64,000 nucleotides of DNA from Candidatus Woesebacteria bacterium. GTDB lineage: Bacteria > Patescibacteriota > Microgenomatia > UBA8517. A model generated the notes under the pieces. It saw only the letters and a list, made by a program, of their open reading frames with translations. It was not told the DNA's origin and did not search any database. The DNA lies in contig CP055307.1 of NCBI GenBank assembly GCA_013374835.1, positions 407,315 through 471,314 on the forward strand, given 5' to 3'. How positions within the stretch are numbered: the stretch's first letter is position 1; every line of letters starts with the position of its first letter. Below are positions 47,024 to 56,674 of the stretch, in pieces. A program made the translations under genes and the position numbers.

Positions 47024-47707
47024 ATGCTTGCTTCAATATTAATTATTTCCAGTCTTTTTGTTACTAATAATGTAAATGTTGAGAACGTTGTCAGCGTTGC
47101 GAACGCTTCGGCGCAGGTAAGTGTTCGTTCAAATATCCAGAATGAATCTGTAAACGAACAGATGAGAGTAAGAGTTACAAGTGAATCTCAAAATAGAGAG
47201 GCCTTGATGTATGAATACAGGCGTGGGGTTGAGGAGGCACAAATGCTTAGAGAAGAAAAGCGCGAGAAGTTCCGGCAAAGGCTTTTGGAGATTAGAGATG
47301 AAAGGAAAAGAGCTCTTTTTGAGAATCTTAATACAAACATTAATGATTTAAATGCCCGATGGGTTGAGCGCCTAAAGTCTGTTTTAGATAGGCTTTCTGA
47401 GATAGCCGATAAAATAGAAGCGCGAGCTCAAGAAGAAGGTGTTGCTGAAAATTCTGATTTTAAGAATGCTTTGGATAAAGTAAGATCGAAGATTTTTGAA
47501 AGCTACAATATGGTTAATAAGCAGGCCTCTAAAGTATATACTTTAGAGGTTACAGATGAGAATAATTTGGGTAGAAGTGTAAGCGGTACTTTAAGCGAGC
47601 TTAGAGCCGATTTTGAGCCAATAAGGGAGAGTGTTTCTTTGGCTAAAGATGCGCTTAAGGGTCTTTTTCAAATTTTAGCAACTCTTTTGGGAGAAAATAT
47701 AGAATGA
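47024..47707 (+). CDS. secreted coiled-coil protein, hypothetical
   Basis: Signal peptide; charged helical repeats. Confidence 0.4.
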   Translation: MLASILIISSLFVTNNVNVENVVSVANASAQVSVRSNIQNESVNEQMRVRVTSESQNREALMYEYRRGVEEAQMLREEKREKFRQRLLEIRDERKRALFENLNTNINDLNARWVERLKSVLDRLSEIADKIEARAQEEGVAENSDFKNALDKVRSKIFESYNMVNKQASKVYTLEVTDENNLGRSVSGTLSELRADFEPIRESVSLAKDALKGLFQILATLLGENIE

Positions 47708-47991
47708 TAAGTATAAGAAAGGGATTTTCGGAAGTTATTATTGTTTTGGTTTTGGGGATAGTTGTTTTGGTCGCTTTTTTTCTTTATTATCTTTTAACAA
47801 CCAGCAAAAGTATCCCCAGCCTAGGAAATCCGATTGTGGGGAAGCCTCAGGAACAAAATTTATCACCCACAATGGAGCCTGTTTCCGAATCCAGCGATCT
47901 TGAGACTTTGAAAAGAGAAATTGATACAACTGATGTAGGCTCCATAGAGGAAGATATAGACTTGCTGGAGCAGGAAGCTTCTTCGTTGTAA
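47704..47991 (+). CDS. small membrane protein, hypothetical
   Basis: TM helix; translationally coupled to the upstream gene. Confidence 0.35.
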   Translation: MISIRKGFSEVIIVLVLGIVVLVAFFLYYLLTTSKSIPSLGNPIVGKPQEQNLSPTMEPVSESSDLETLKREIDTTDVGSIEEDIDLLEQEASSL

Positions 47992-48000
47992 AATGGTGTT

Positions 48001-48501
48001 ATGGAGGAAATTACCTCCCAAATACCTGATATTAATTTGACTGGCAATAGTTTTTTTTCAGACATAATAGCCAGTGTTCCACTTCCGGGGGGGTTGGTTT
48101 TTTCCGTTTCGTATCTTCAAGCGGGAGCAATGGTAATATTGATATTTTTTTTGATTTTAACTCTTGGGCAATTGCGGCATAGGTTGGTTAATTGGAAAAT
48201 GGGCGGTATAATGCCTGGTGTGTATATCGGATTTGCGCTCGCGCTTATTATGGAGGGAATTTTTATTGTCAGCGGAAGAACGATATTAACCGAGCTTATC
48301 GGATGGGAGAGTGCGCCTAAACCTATTGTTAACGTATTGGATGCTGGGAGAGACAGGCTTATTCGGGTGCTTGGTGTAGCCGAGGAGATTCCATCTTCGT
48401 ACGCGGAAGGAGTCCCGACGATCAGTGGTATTATGAAGGAGTATGAGGGTTTATCTGAATTCGAGAAAGAAAGCCTTCAAAGTATGATTTGTCGCCCGTG
48501 A
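48001..48501 (+). CDS. membrane protein, hypothetical
   Basis: Two TM helices. Confidence 0.35.
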   Translation: MEEITSQIPDINLTGNSFFSDIIASVPLPGGLVFSVSYLQAGAMVILIFFLILTLGQLRHRLVNWKMGGIMPGVYIGFALALIMEGIFIVSGRTILTELIGWESAPKPIVNVLDAGRDRLIRVLGVAEEIPSSYAEGVPTISGIMKEYEGLSEFEKESLQSMICRP

Positions 48502-48521
48502 GTTTGGTATACTTTTTACCT

Positions 48522-49595
48522 ATGCAGGAGTTAAAAAAACAGATTGTTGATTTAAAAGATAGGCTTGAGGCTTTTTCGGAGAACCTTGATTTACCCCAAA
48601 AAAGAAAGAAAGTTGAGGTTCTTGAGCTTGAATCTATGGATAGCAATCTTTGGGATGATCAAGAGAGGGCAAGAAAGCTTTTAACCGAGCTTGGAGATTT
48701 AAAAAATGAGATCGACGAGTTTGATAGAATTTATTCCGAAGTAAAGACTCTTTATGAGATGGCTGAGGAAGACATGCTTTCAGGGGAACTTGAGAAAGAT
48801 GTGCAAAGACTTTTAAGGGATTTTGGAAAAATCGAACTTCGCACTTATTTATCCGGAAAGTACGATCGGAGGAATGCGATTGTCAGTATCCATGCCGGCC
48901 AGGGTGGAACCGAAGCAATGGATTGGACCCATATGCTTTTTAGGATGTACCTTAGGTATTGTGAAAGAAAGAACTGGCCTGTAGAGGTGCTTGATCAGAC
49001 AGTTGGCGACGAAGCCGGGATTAAAAGTGTTACTTTTAAGGTCGTTGGTTCTTATGCTTATGGGTATTTAAAGGGTGAATCTGGAACTCATAGATTGGTC
49101 AGGCAATCTCCATTTAATGCCGATCGATTGCGGCAGACCTCTTTTGCATTGGTTGAGGTTTTGCCTGAAATAGAGGAAGTTGATGAACCTGATATAGAGA
49201 TTAAAGAGGAAGATTTGGAGTGGCAGTTTTTTAGATCTGGCGGACACGGAGGGCAAAATGTAAATAAAGTCTCTACCGCTGTAAGGCTGATTCATAAACC
49301 TACAAACATATCTGTTTCCGCGCAGACAGAGAGGTTCCAGGAGCAAAACAGAAAAATAGCTCTTAATTTATTAAGATCAAAGCTTTGGGCGATTGCTCAG
49401 GAAGAGATGAAAAAGGAGGAGAAGAACATTAAGGGTGATTATAAGCCTGCAACTTGGGGAACTCAGATAAGAAGTTATGTGCTTCATCCTTATAAGATGG
49501 TTAAAGATTTAAGAACTAATGTAGAAACAGGAAATACCGATGCTATTTTGGATGGTGATTTGGATGAGTTTATCGAAGCTGAGCTAAAGATCTGA
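48522..49595 (+). CDS. prfB: peptide chain release factor 2 (no programmed frameshift)
   Basis: SPF tripeptide (RQSPFNA) and GGQ (SGGHGGQNVNK). The reading frame is continuous. Confidence 0.85.
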   Translation: MQELKKQIVDLKDRLEAFSENLDLPQKRKKVEVLELESMDSNLWDDQERARKLLTELGDLKNEIDEFDRIYSEVKTLYEMAEEDMLSGELEKDVQRLLRDFGKIELRTYLSGKYDRRNAIVSIHAGQGGTEAMDWTHMLFRMYLRYCERKNWPVEVLDQTVGDEAGIKSVTFKVVGSYAYGYLKGESGTHRLVRQSPFNADRLRQTSFALVEVLPEIEEVDEPDIEIKEEDLEWQFFRSGGHGGQNVNKVSTAVRLIHKPTNISVSAQTERFQEQNRKIALNLLRSKLWAIAQEEMKKEEKNIKGDYKPATWGTQIRSYVLHPYKMVKDLRTNVETGNTDAILDGDLDEFIEAELKI

Positions 49596-49632
49596 TTTTA
49601 GTGGCTTCATTAGAAAGTTTTAATGTGTTATA

Positions 49633-50118
49633 TTGTTAATCATGGAGAGAGTTGTCCAAGTTATTCAGCCGGTTGGAGATGATGGTGTTGTAAAAAAATT
49701 TGAGTCTCCTCGCAATAATAAAAAGGATCGTGTAATAATTCCTTTAATTGCAATTTTAGTTGTTTTGGGAGGAGTAGGAACCGGATATTATTTTTCAAAG
49801 ATGGGAGGCAATGGCAAAATCGTTTCTGAAAGCGTTGTGGTTGACGGTTCCGGAGAGACTGCGGGAGAATCAGAAGTAGTAAACATCGATCTTTTTCCAG
49901 ACAGCGCAAGCGGTGTTTTAAAAGAAGGTGGTATTGATGGGGAGGGAACCCATTATTTAGATCGAGGGCTTGGTGAGGAAAAGTACGTTTACCTTTTTTC
50001 CACAGTGATTGATCTTGATGGATTTGTGGGTAAAAAAGTAGAAGTTTGGGGAAATACGGTTTCGGGACAGAAAGCCGGATGGTTAATGGATGTCGGTAAA
50101 ATAAAAGAGGCTAATTAA
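49633..50118 (+). CDS. membrane-anchored hypothetical protein
   Basis: One TM; G/E-rich. Alternative start at 49642. Confidence 0.35.
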   Translation: MLIMERVVQVIQPVGDDGVVKKFESPRNNKKDRVIIPLIAILVVLGGVGTGYYFSKMGGNGKIVSESVVVDGSGETAGESEVVNIDLFPDSASGVLKEGGIDGEGTHYLDRGLGEEKYVYLFSTVIDLDGFVGKKVEVWGNTVSGQKAGWLMDVGKIKEAN

Positions 50119-50120
50119 GC

Positions 50121-50861
50121 TTGCTCATGCTTGAATTTAAATCTGTAAGTAAAAATTTTGGAAGTATTTCTGCTTTGTCGGATATTTCGTTTTATATTCC
50201 TCCGGGTGAGTTTGTATTTATTGTCGGACCTTCGGGTGCTGGTAAGACTACGCTTTTAAAGCTTATTATCCGTGATATTACCCCTTCCAGTGGAGAAATA
50301 TTGTTTGATGGTAAGGAGCTTTCGAATCTAAAGAAGAAGGAAATTCCACATCTTCGGCAGAGTATCGGGGCTGTTTTTCAGGATTATAAGCTTATATCGG
50401 GTAGGACTGTTTTTGAAAACGTAGAGGTGGCTTTGGCGGTAAAGAAGGTACCAAAGGAGGAGCGGGAGGCACGGGTAGAGCAAGTTCTTAAGCTTGTAGG
50501 TCTTACTGAGCGTGCTACGCTTTTTCCTTCTCAGCTTTCGGGTGGGGAGCTTCAAAGAGCTTCGCTTGCTCGCGCGTTAGTTGTGAATCCTAAACTTATT
50601 TTTGCGGACGAACCGACCGGGAATCTTGATCCAAAAACTGCAGAGGGAATAATAGAGCTATTATTGAAAATTAATGAGGAAGGCAAGACTGTTTTGGTTT
50701 CTACCCACAGCAAGGATTTGGTTAGTAAACTTAGAAAGCGGGTGCTTGAGCTTGAGGGAGGGAAGCTTATAAAGGATTCGGATCCTGCCGAAAAAGAAGA
50801 AGAAAAGGAAAAGACTGATGATAAAGATGATAAAGTAGAAGAAAAGGAGTCCTCTAAATGA
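50121..50861 (+). CDS. ftsE: cell division ATP-binding protein FtsE
   Basis: Walker A GPSGAGKTT, LSGGELQRASLARAL, Walker B IFADEPTGNLD. Confidence 0.85.
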   Translation: MLMLEFKSVSKNFGSISALSDISFYIPPGEFVFIVGPSGAGKTTLLKLIIRDITPSSGEILFDGKELSNLKKKEIPHLRQSIGAVFQDYKLISGRTVFENVEVALAVKKVPKEEREARVEQVLKLVGLTERATLFPSQLSGGELQRASLARALVVNPKLIFADEPTGNLDPKTAEGIIELLLKINEEGKTVLVSTHSKDLVSKLRKRVLELEGGKLIKDSDPAEKEEEKEKTDDKDDKVEEKESSK

Positions 50862-51775
50862 AGCAGCATATAAGAACGAGTTTTGATTACATAAGGCGTG
50901 CGCCTTTTCAGGCTTTGGCAGCCATAAGCGTTTTGGCTCTTACATTTTTTGTAACCACTCTTCTTGTGGTTTTGCTTTACTCGTCTCATCAGGTGATAAA
51001 GTTTTTTGAGACGCGGCCACAGGTTATTGCCTTTTTAAAAGAGGATGCGTTGGAGGGTGAGATTGATGCTTTGAGAAATAAGCTGGCAAATGATTCACGG
51101 ATTAATAGTGTGTCTTATGTTTCTAAAGAGCAAGCTCTTGAAATTTATAAAGAGGCGACTGCTGATAACCCGCTTCTTGGCGAGCTTGTATCTCCCAGTA
51201 TTTTTCCTGCAAGTATTGAGTTTTCTGTGAGGGATCTTAATTTTACAGAGGAGATAATTAACGAGGTAAAGGGGGAAAGTGTTGTAGAATCTGTAGATTT
51301 TACCGCAAATTTAGGAAGCGAGGCTACGCTTGGTGATGTAATACAAAGGCTTAAAAACGCTACTTATTATTTGAGGATTGGAGGTGTGTCTTTTGTATTG
51401 GTGCTTAACTTAACTTCGTTTCTTGTTCTTATGGTTGTTATTGGTATGAGGATATCTATGAAGAAGGCGGAGATTGAAAGCTTGAGTCTTATTGGTGCTA
51501 CAAATTGGTTCATAAGAATGCCGATTGTATTTGAGGCTATAAATTATGCTCTTATCGGTGTTTTTGCCGGGTGGCTTGCTGCTAGTGTTCTTTTGATGTA
51601 TGCTACCCCTTCTGTACTTTATTATTTTAAGGATATTCCGGTTTTGCCAAGAGAGACGACAGACTTTTTTGCTTTGCTTGGCGTGATTTTTGCGGCAGAG
51701 ATTTTTGCCGGGCTTTTTATCGCGTTTCTTGGGAGCATGATTGCTGTATCCAGATCTCTTCGTATCGTTAAATAG
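50858..51775 (+). CDS. ftsX: cell division permease FtsX
   Basis: FtsX topology: TM1, then a large extracellular loop, then 3 TMs. Translationally coupled to ftsE. Confidence 0.8.
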   Translation: MKQHIRTSFDYIRRAPFQALAAISVLALTFFVTTLLVVLLYSSHQVIKFFETRPQVIAFLKEDALEGEIDALRNKLANDSRINSVSYVSKEQALEIYKEATADNPLLGELVSPSIFPASIEFSVRDLNFTEEIINEVKGESVVESVDFTANLGSEATLGDVIQRLKNATYYLRIGGVSFVLVLNLTSFLVLMVVIGMRISMKKAEIESLSLIGATNWFIRMPIVFEAINYALIGVFAGWLAASVLLMYATPSVLYYFKDIPVLPRETTDFFALLGVIFAAEIFAGLFIAFLGSMIAVSRSLRIVK

Positions 51776-51785
51776 TTTTAATAGT

Positions 51786-52967
51786 ATGTTAAAATATTCG
51801 GGAAACATGCTTGCCCGGATTAAAAAGCCATTTTTAATAGTTTTACTTCTATTATTGCCTTTTTTGTTTTTGGGATATCCTGTTAGCGCTGAGTCTGATA
51901 GCGAAAAGCTTGATCGGCTTGCCCGCGAGATTGAGGAATACACACAAAAGATTAAGGAACTTCAAGTAAAGGCAAGTACGCTTAGCAACCAGATTGCCCA
52001 GTTTGATGCACAAATTAGGCTTACTGAGCTTAAGATCAGCCAGACCGAGGAGCAGATATTGCTTCTTGGTGGTAGGATTGATCAAATTGAGGTTTCTTTA
52101 TCTGATTTGGAGGAGGCTTTCAATACAAGGGTGGTCGAATCTTATAAGATATCAAGAATTAATAACACTGCTTATCTTCTTTTTTCTACCGAGGATATAA
52201 ATAAGACTTTGGCAAAAACTTATTATTTACAAAAAATTCAGGAAGCGGATAATAATCTTCTTGAAAAATTAAAAAATGCAAAAGAAGTTTATAAAGAACA
52301 AAAAGGGGAACTTGAGGAGCTTCAAGAGGTGCTTGGTGTGCAGAAGGAGGAGCTTGATTCACAAAAGACTGCGAAAAACAATCTTCTTTCGCTAACCAAA
52401 AACGATGAGAAAAAATACCAATCGCTTCTTGCTCAGGCGAGGGCCGAATTTGAGGCTATTCAGGCTATTATTGCCGGAAAAGGTGATGAGAGTGAGGTAG
52501 GACATGTGAATGCGGGTGAGAGAATTGCTTCGATTATTCAGGGGCCGTCGTGTAATTCAAGCGGTTCGCATCTTCATTTTATTGTTGCCAGAGGGAGGGA
52601 TACCGAGAATCCATTTAATTATCTTAAACCTATTGATCATCAGAATTGCTCCGGGCCCGGGGAGTGTTCTCCCGGTGACCCTTTCAATCCAAGTGGAAGT
52701 TGGGATTGGCCGATAAATGCGCCCGTTAAATTTTCTCAAGGATATGGTTTAACTTGGGCTGTGCAGAATACATGGGTGGGTAGGATTTATCAGTTTCATA
52801 ATGGAATTGACATAAATAATGAGGGTAATTCTGAAGTAAAAGCTGTAAGATCGGGAACGCTTTATAGAGGTAGTTATACTGGGTTAAATGGATGCAGGCT
52901 TAGATATGTAAGGGTTAAGCATGATGAGAATGATATTGAGACTTATTATCTTCATATTAATTACTAG
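51786..52967 (+). CDS. coiled-coil M23 metallopeptidase (EnvC-like partner of FtsEX) with intact catalytic motifs
   Basis: Signal peptide, a long coiled coil, and an M23 domain with HxxxD (FHNGID) and HxH (SHLHF). Confidence 0.75.
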   Translation: MLKYSGNMLARIKKPFLIVLLLLLPFLFLGYPVSAESDSEKLDRLAREIEEYTQKIKELQVKASTLSNQIAQFDAQIRLTELKISQTEEQILLLGGRIDQIEVSLSDLEEAFNTRVVESYKISRINNTAYLLFSTEDINKTLAKTYYLQKIQEADNNLLEKLKNAKEVYKEQKGELEELQEVLGVQKEELDSQKTAKNNLLSLTKNDEKKYQSLLAQARAEFEAIQAIIAGKGDESEVGHVNAGERIASIIQGPSCNSSGSHLHFIVARGRDTENPFNYLKPIDHQNCSGPGECSPGDPFNPSGSWDWPINAPVKFSQGYGLTWAVQNTWVGRIYQFHNGIDINNEGNSEVKAVRSGTLYRGSYTGLNGCRLRYVRVKHDENDIETYYLHINY

Positions 52968-53037
52968 TGATAAGTGGTTGATGACTGATGATTAATGGAG
53001 ATTGATATTTCGGTCTTTTTTTGATTAAATTTTTTTA

Positions 53038-53889
53038 ATGCCCCATATTCTTTGGCGGAAATTGAAGCTGATAATCGGAGAATTTGTATTTGTTTGGATT
53101 TTTTTGGTTTTTTTGGCGGGTGAGATTAAAGCAGTCGATTTTATAATTTCTAATCCTGTTGTAAAAGATACCGAGATTTCAGTTGATGTTGAAATAAGCG
53201 GAGCTAAAGCAAATAGTTGCCCAGAAAATACCTGTTATCTACTTGGAGCGATAAGCTCTACTTCTTATACTAGATATTTTGGATTTACACAAAGGAATGA
53301 TGGAGGATGGACAGCATATACATCTAGCGCGGAAACTGATTTTATAAAATCAAATTTTTATAAGATTGAAATCATTGAAGAAGCTTGGACTGGAGCGGTG
53401 AAGATGAAATTTAATTGGGATGATCCTGATTATAAAGGGCCTGGCGAATATAAAATTAAGATTAATAGATATACCGGAAATAGTAAAAATTCTGCTCAAA
53501 GCTCGAATGAACTTTTGATTAATTTAAGTGTGGCGACGCCGACTCCTTCTCCGACGGCTACACCCACATCTACACCTTTTCCTACTCCTGAGTCGACTGG
53601 AGAGGCAAGTTCCTTTCCTACTCTGAAGCCAACTTTTACTCCTACAGACAAACCAACTATAAGAGCTACCTATAGACCAACACCAGTGCCTGCGACTAAC
53701 GAGGGAGCTATTTTGGGAATTAGAGAAACTTCTTCGCCAAGCGCTTCTTTTGAGCCTTTATCCGAGGAGAAGAGAAATATTTCTTTAGTGCCCCTTGGAT
53801 TTATGGGTATGGGAGCTGGATTTTTGGGGGTATCTTCTTATCCGTTTTTAAAAAAGCGTTTGAGAAAGTATAATGAAAAACATGTTTAA
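53038..53889 (+). CDS. secreted surface protein with a PT-rich linker and a C-terminal hydrophobic segment plus basic tail
   Basis: Signal/TM N-terminus; TPTPSPTATPTSTPFPTPEST linker; ends ...LVPLGFMGMGAGFLGVSSYPFLKKRLRKYNEKHV. Confidence 0.5.
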   Translation: MPHILWRKLKLIIGEFVFVWIFLVFLAGEIKAVDFIISNPVVKDTEISVDVEISGAKANSCPENTCYLLGAISSTSYTRYFGFTQRNDGGWTAYTSSAETDFIKSNFYKIEIIEEAWTGAVKMKFNWDDPDYKGPGEYKIKINRYTGNSKNSAQSSNELLINLSVATPTPSPTATPTSTPFPTPESTGEASSFPTLKPTFTPTDKPTIRATYRPTPVPATNEGAILGIRETSSPSASFEPLSEEKRNISLVPLGFMGMGAGFLGVSSYPFLKKRLRKYNEKHV

Positions 53890-54286
53890 ATATTTTGCCC
53901 CTCCTTTTATTTGGGCTTTTGTAATATTTTTATTTTCTTCTTTTCCTACTGGCAGTGCCACTCAAATAGTATGGACTGATTTTGTGATTAAAAAGACGGC
54001 ACATATTGTTGAATATGGGATTTTAACGTTACTTTTGTACAGAGCCTTTACCAAGGGTGCCTGTATTGATAAAAAAAGAGCCGCAATTTATTCGATTTCG
54101 CTTGCTATTATTTATGGGATTAGCGATGAGTTTCACCAGTCTTTTACTCCGGGAAGGATGCCAAAGATTTGGGATGTAGGTTTTGATACAATAGGATCAG
54201 TTTTTTCGATTTATTTTGTATGGAATATATTACCAAAAATGCCGAAGAGACTAAGGCGCTTGGCAGAAGACTGGGAAATAGCTTGA
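53873..54286 (+). CDS. VanZ-like family membrane protein
   Basis: KKTAHIVEYGILT...YGISDEFHQSFTPGR, the VanZ signature. Confidence 0.75.
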   Translation: MKNMFKYFAPPFIWAFVIFLFSSFPTGSATQIVWTDFVIKKTAHIVEYGILTLLLYRAFTKGACIDKKRAAIYSISLAIIYGISDEFHQSFTPGRMPKIWDVGFDTIGSVFSIYFVWNILPKMPKRLRRLAEDWEIA

Positions 54287-54645
54287 AAGGCGGGACTACT
54301 CTTGCTTTAAGCGGAGAGCTTGGGAGTGGCAAGACTACTTTTATACAGGGCTTGGCAGAAGGTCTTGGAGTAAGAGACCGAATAATATCGCCGACTTTTA
54401 TACTTGTCAGAAAGTATCAAAGTGAAAAGCTATTAAATTTTTATCATGTGGATTTATATAGGCTTGAGGGGGATTTGGGGTATGAGATGAATAATTTAGG
54501 GCTAACCGATTTTATGAAGGATAAGGACTCTATTGTTGCTATAGAATGGGCGGAAAAGGCGAGAGAGTATTTGCCGAAAAACATGGTGTGGATAAAGTTT
54601 GATATTTTAGAGGATAATAGGAGAAAGATCGTGACTAATTTATGA
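54220..54645 (+). CDS. tsaE: tRNA threonylcarbamoyladenosine biosynthesis ATPase TsaE
   Basis: LSGELGSGKTTF P-loop and SPTFILVRKY. The 5' end overlaps the vanZ-like gene by 67 nt. Confidence 0.8.
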   Translation: MEYITKNAEETKALGRRLGNSLKGGTTLALSGELGSGKTTFIQGLAEGLGVRDRIISPTFILVRKYQSEKLLNFYHVDLYRLEGDLGYEMNNLGLTDFMKDKDSIVAIEWAEKAREYLPKNMVWIKFDILEDNRRKIVTNL

Positions 54646-55628
54646 ATAGAATTCTTGTTACAGGCGGAGCCGGGTATATAGGGAGTTTTATAGTAAGGGC
54701 TTTGAAAACGGCGGGATATGAGCCTTATGTCGTTGATGATTTTTCAAGCGGGCATGAGGAGGCAATTGTCGGTTTTAGCTTTAAAAAGCTTAATTTGAGT
54801 AATGATAGTGATTTATTAGAGTTGGAAGAATGGTTTAAAAAGGAACGTTTTGATGGGGTAATCCATATGGCGAGCTTTATCCAAATGGGAGAGAGCTTTA
54901 GGGATCCTTATAAATATTTTAGGAATAATATTAATAGCGCTAACAATATTTTGGGCATAATGGCAAGGCAGGGTGCTAAAAATTTTGTTTTTAGCTCATC
55001 AGCCGGTGTTTATGGGAGCCCGAAAAAGCTTCCAATATCCGAGGATGATCCGAAAATCCCTGAGAATCCTTATGGGCAGACGAAGCTGATGATTGAAGAG
55101 ATGCTTCCTTGGTATGAGAGGGCGCATAAAATTAGCCATGTTTCGATAAGGTATTTTAATGCGGCGGGTGCGGCGCTTGACGGATCTATTGGTGAGGATC
55201 ATCCCAATGAAAGCCATATAATACCCTTGATAATGAAGGCGGCTATGGAGGGCGGAGAGTTTACGCTTTTTGGAGATGATTATAATACTCCCGATGGGAC
55301 GTGTGTTAGGGATTATATACATGTTTTGGATTTGGCGGATGCACATATTAAAGCCCTTACTTATTTGGAAAAGGGTGGAGAGAGTACGGCTGTAAATGCG
55401 GGATTGGGGCGGGGGTATTCAAATCTTGAACTTATTCGCGAGATAGAGAAAGTTGCGGGTAATTTGGCGTGGAAGTTTGGGCCGAGGCGTCCGGGAGATG
55501 CGGATATTCTCTATGCGGATAACAAAAAAATAAAAGAACTTTTCGGCTGGGAGCCGAAGTATGGTTTGGCTGAGATTATTGATAGTGCTTGGAAATGGCA
55601 CAAGAATAACCCAAAAGGTTACTCTTGA
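54642..55628 (+). CDS. galE: UDP-glucose 4-epimerase
   Basis: TGGAGYIGS Rossmann motif, YxxxK (YGQTK), extended SDR. Confidence 0.85.
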   Translation: MNRILVTGGAGYIGSFIVRALKTAGYEPYVVDDFSSGHEEAIVGFSFKKLNLSNDSDLLELEEWFKKERFDGVIHMASFIQMGESFRDPYKYFRNNINSANNILGIMARQGAKNFVFSSSAGVYGSPKKLPISEDDPKIPENPYGQTKLMIEEMLPWYERAHKISHVSIRYFNAAGAALDGSIGEDHPNESHIIPLIMKAAMEGGEFTLFGDDYNTPDGTCVRDYIHVLDLADAHIKALTYLEKGGESTAVNAGLGRGYSNLELIREIEKVAGNLAWKFGPRRPGDADILYADNKKIKELFGWEPKYGLAEIIDSAWKWHKNNPKGYS

Positions 55629-55645
55629 TGATTAGTCAATAATAA

Positions 55646-55954
55646 ATGAGACTATTTATAGATACCTCTGATTCGGAGAAGATTGTAGTCGGGATTGATG
55701 GGGAGATGTTTGAGTCTCAATCCAGAAAAGAAAAAACCCAGGCTCTTTTGGGGTTTATTGATGAGATTTTGGCGAAAAAGGGAAAGAAAATTTCTGATGT
55801 TACCGAGATCAAAGTCGTAACAGGGCCAGGATCTTTTACAGGTCTTCGTGTGGGGGTGTCCATTGCTAATGCGATCGGTTGGGCGTTGGGTATACCCGTA
55901 AATGGGAAGAATGTTTCAAAGGGAGAGAATGTGGAGATAAAATATACTACTTGA
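55646..55954 (+). CDS. tsaB: truncated TsaB (YeaZ)-like protein, 102 aa
   Basis: MRLFIDTSDSEKIVVGI...GPGSFTGLRVGVSIANAIGWALGIPV matches the N-terminal ASKHA half of TsaB only. Confidence 0.7.
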   Translation: MRLFIDTSDSEKIVVGIDGEMFESQSRKEKTQALLGFIDEILAKKGKKISDVTEIKVVTGPGSFTGLRVGVSIANAIGWALGIPVNGKNVSKGENVEIKYTT

Positions 55955-55987
55955 CATGGGTGCTAATTACATCTAGACTTCGGGCAA

Positions 55988-56674
55988 ATGATTAAGTTGT
56001 CCTATTTTTTAAAAGGAGCTTTCGTAGGATTTTTTATTGTTCTAATTTTTGCAATTTCTATGGGGGTAAAGGACACGAAGGCTTGTTATTGTACACCAAA
56101 ACCTACTGCTTCAACAAGCCCCACGCCTACTTCTGAGCCGACTTCTGAGCCAACATCCAAACCTACCTCCGAGCCTACAGGAGAGCCGAGTGCTTCGCCC
56201 GTTCCTACACCTGCTCCTTCCGAGCCTGCGCGCGGAGGAACAAGTCCTGCCGGGCCTCCGGTTTGTACGGATCCGGCGCCAAATGCGCCATACTTGATAA
56301 GCGCTACAAGAAAGGGCGTTGCAAGCATTGAGATAGTTTGGCAGAAGGTTGAGAATGCAAACGATTATGCAATTTTTTACGGGTCAAATCCCGGTGAGCA
56401 TATTTACGGCGTGCCGAGTACAGGGGATACTGATAGGTTTATTGTCAATGGATTAACAAGCGGTTGTTTTGTTGTCCGAGCTGTAAACGGATGTGGGGTA
56501 AGTGCTCCTTCAAATGAAGTTTGTACGGGCGGGACAGCGGGTGCTGTGCTTGGAGCTAGCACGCTTGCCGATACCGGATCTGGTGAGGACTTTTATAATG
56601 CCTTTTTTATTATAGGTGCTTTGGTAACTTCGGCGGGTGTCAGACGAACTTTTGCCAAAAATAAAGAAAACTAA
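55988..56674 (+). CDS. sortase substrate: secreted PT-linker + fibronectin-III-like domain protein with an LADTG sorting signal
   Basis: N-terminal TM/signal, then TSEPTSEPTSKPTSEPTGEP linker, then an Fn3-like domain. C-terminus LADTG + hydrophobic helix + RRTFAKNKEN (classic cell-wall sorting signal, LAXTG class). Confidence 0.7.
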   Translation: MIKLSYFLKGAFVGFFIVLIFAISMGVKDTKACYCTPKPTASTSPTPTSEPTSEPTSKPTSEPTGEPSASPVPTPAPSEPARGGTSPAGPPVCTDPAPNAPYLISATRKGVASIEIVWQKVENANDYAIFYGSNPGEHIYGVPSTGDTDRFIVNGLTSGCFVVRAVNGCGVSAPSNEVCTGGTAGAVLGASTLADTGSGEDFYNAFFIIGALVTSAGVRRTFAKNKEN

